DNA of 64,000 bases from Cyanobacteria bacterium P01_A01_bin.123 (lineage in GTDB: Bacteria > Cyanobacteriota > Cyanobacteriia > Phormidesmidales > Phormidesmidaceae), in NCBI GenBank assembly GCA_039815185.1, contig JBCBZT010000002.1, positions 96,001 to 160,000 of the forward strand, given 5' to 3'. Shown here one piece after another: positions 62,777 through 64,000 of this stretch (position 1 is the first letter of the stretch; each line of letters starts with the position of its first letter). The position numbers and the translations under genes are program-made. The notes under the pieces were generated by a model that was not told the DNA's origin, ran no database searches, and worked only from the letters and a program-made list of their open reading frames with translations.

Positions 62777-64000
62777 CTATCCTTCAGTTTCAACCAGAGC
62801 GGGGGTTTCTTCTGACAAGCTCCCTGTATCATCTGAATCTTTAAATACCACTCGCAGTAAAGGTGGGGCCAAAAACGTAGTCATAATTACCATCACGATG
62901 ATAGCCGCATCAAGCGATTCCGAAAGTACCCCACTGGCAGAGCCAACACCAGCAAACACTAGCCCCACCTCACCCCGAGGCACCATGCCTACCCCAATGG
63001 CCAATCGATTAATCCCCGGTTGACCAAAGACAACAAACCCAGCGGTCACTTTACCAACAATGGCCACAACCACTAAAAACGAAGCGATGATTAACCCTTC
63101 TCTATTTTCTGGAACCAGCGGATTGAGTACGCTGAGATCCGTACGGGCACCCACCGTCACAAAAAAGATGGGCACCAACATATCTGCGATCGGCGTGATT
63201 TGCTCCTCAATTTCTTTGTGCTTAGAAGTCTCTGCCAAAATCAACCCTGCAGCAAAAGCCCCCAAAATAGCTTCTAGCTGGATGGCCGCGGCAATATAAG
63301 AAAGCACAAAGGCAAAGATCAAGGAGACGATCAACAGCTCTCCCCGAGTTTGCATTTGATCTACCAATCCTACAAACAATGGGCTGAGTAAGCGTCCGAT
63401 AAGAATCGAACCGACTAAGAAGATAGCAGCACCTGCGATCAGATACACCACATTGAGAATTTCGATTTCTCCGGTTTTAGCAAGGCTGGCTACCACAGCT
63501 AAAACAATAATCCCGAGGACATCGTCTAGGACAGCTGCACCAATAATGATTTGGCCTTCTTTAGAACTCAAACGCTGAATTTCGGCCAACACCTTTGCAG
63601 TAATGCCAATACTGGTGGCCGTCAAAGCGGCTCCAGCAAAGACTGCTGGAATAGTGGCCATGCTAAACAGCGCAATTAGCCCTGCGGTGCCGATGGAAAA
63701 GGGTACGACTACCCCAACGACAGCCACAACCGCAGCTTGGGGGCCAACCCGAATCAGTTCTTTGAGGTCAGATTCGAGGCCAATTTCAAACAGCAAAATC
63801 ACTACCCCGAGTTCAGCCAGGATAGAAATGACTTCACTTTGGGTCGCAAAAACTGAGGTCGTTAATTCAGGGGAGAGCCCAGCAGTCAGCTGCAAAAAAC
63901 CCATGATTGCTGATGAAACTTCTGCCCCTCCTTCAGGGAAGACGATGAGTTGTAGCGCCGATACACCAACCAAAACACCTCCCACGAGTTCTCCAAGGAC
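62777..64000 (-). CDS. CPA2 cation:proton antiporter (NhaS3-like), 5' end outside the window
   Basis: LFEIGLE, ATSIGIT, AAVLDDVLG, GMVPRGEVGL. Confidence 0.92.
   Translation of the reverse strand, partial: VLGELVGGVLVGVSALQLIVFPEGGAEVSSAIMGFLQLTAGLSPELTTSVFATQSEVISILAELGVVILLFEIGLESDLKELIRVGPQAAVVAVVGVVVPFSIGTAGLIALFSMATIPAVFAGAALTATSIGITAKVLAEIQRLSSKEGQIIIGAAVLDDVLGIIVLAVVASLAKTGEIEILNVVYLIAGAAIFLVGSILIGRLLSPLFVGLVDQMQTRGELLIVSLIFAFVLSYIAAAIQLEAILGAFAAGLILAETSKHKEIEEQITPIADMLVPIFFVTVGARTDLSVLNPLVPENREGLIIASFLVVVAIVGKVTAGFVVFGQPGINRLAIGVGMVPRGEVGLVFAGVGSASGVLSESLDAAIIVMVIMTTFLAPPLLRVVFKDSDDTGSLSEETPALVETEG

Overview
Cyanobacterial chromosome segment. HIP1 octamers (GCGATCGC) occur throughout, and cyanobacterial genes such as ycf51, hpsJ, stpA/ggpP, sds and a PEP-CTERM protein are present; stpA suggests a salt-tolerant strain. 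Most of the window is housekeeping: a giant CheA-like kinase, pstCA/pstB, ruvC, tatA, glmS, aroA, recG, pgl, recF, sds, murI and a Na+/H+ antiporter. The main accessory region is a ~10 kb defence island directly after glmS (22968-32800). It carries an apparently intact PbeABCD-like module (PLD-helicase, small protein, Rad50/SMC-like ATPase, Dnd-associated protein 4) split by an MNT-HEPN toxin-antitoxin pair. A collapsed phosphorothioation locus follows: a truncated sulfur-binding-domain nuclease, IS4 and IS701 remnants, and dndD and dndE fragments. Two Uma2 nucleases end the island. A second notable item is an unannotated 17-codon polyproline leader ORF whose 3' end can pair with the ribosome-binding site of an EamA transporter-ruvC operon (candidate translational attenuator). 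I saw no rRNA, tRNA or CRISPR array. All family assignments come from recognising motifs by eye; no searches were run.
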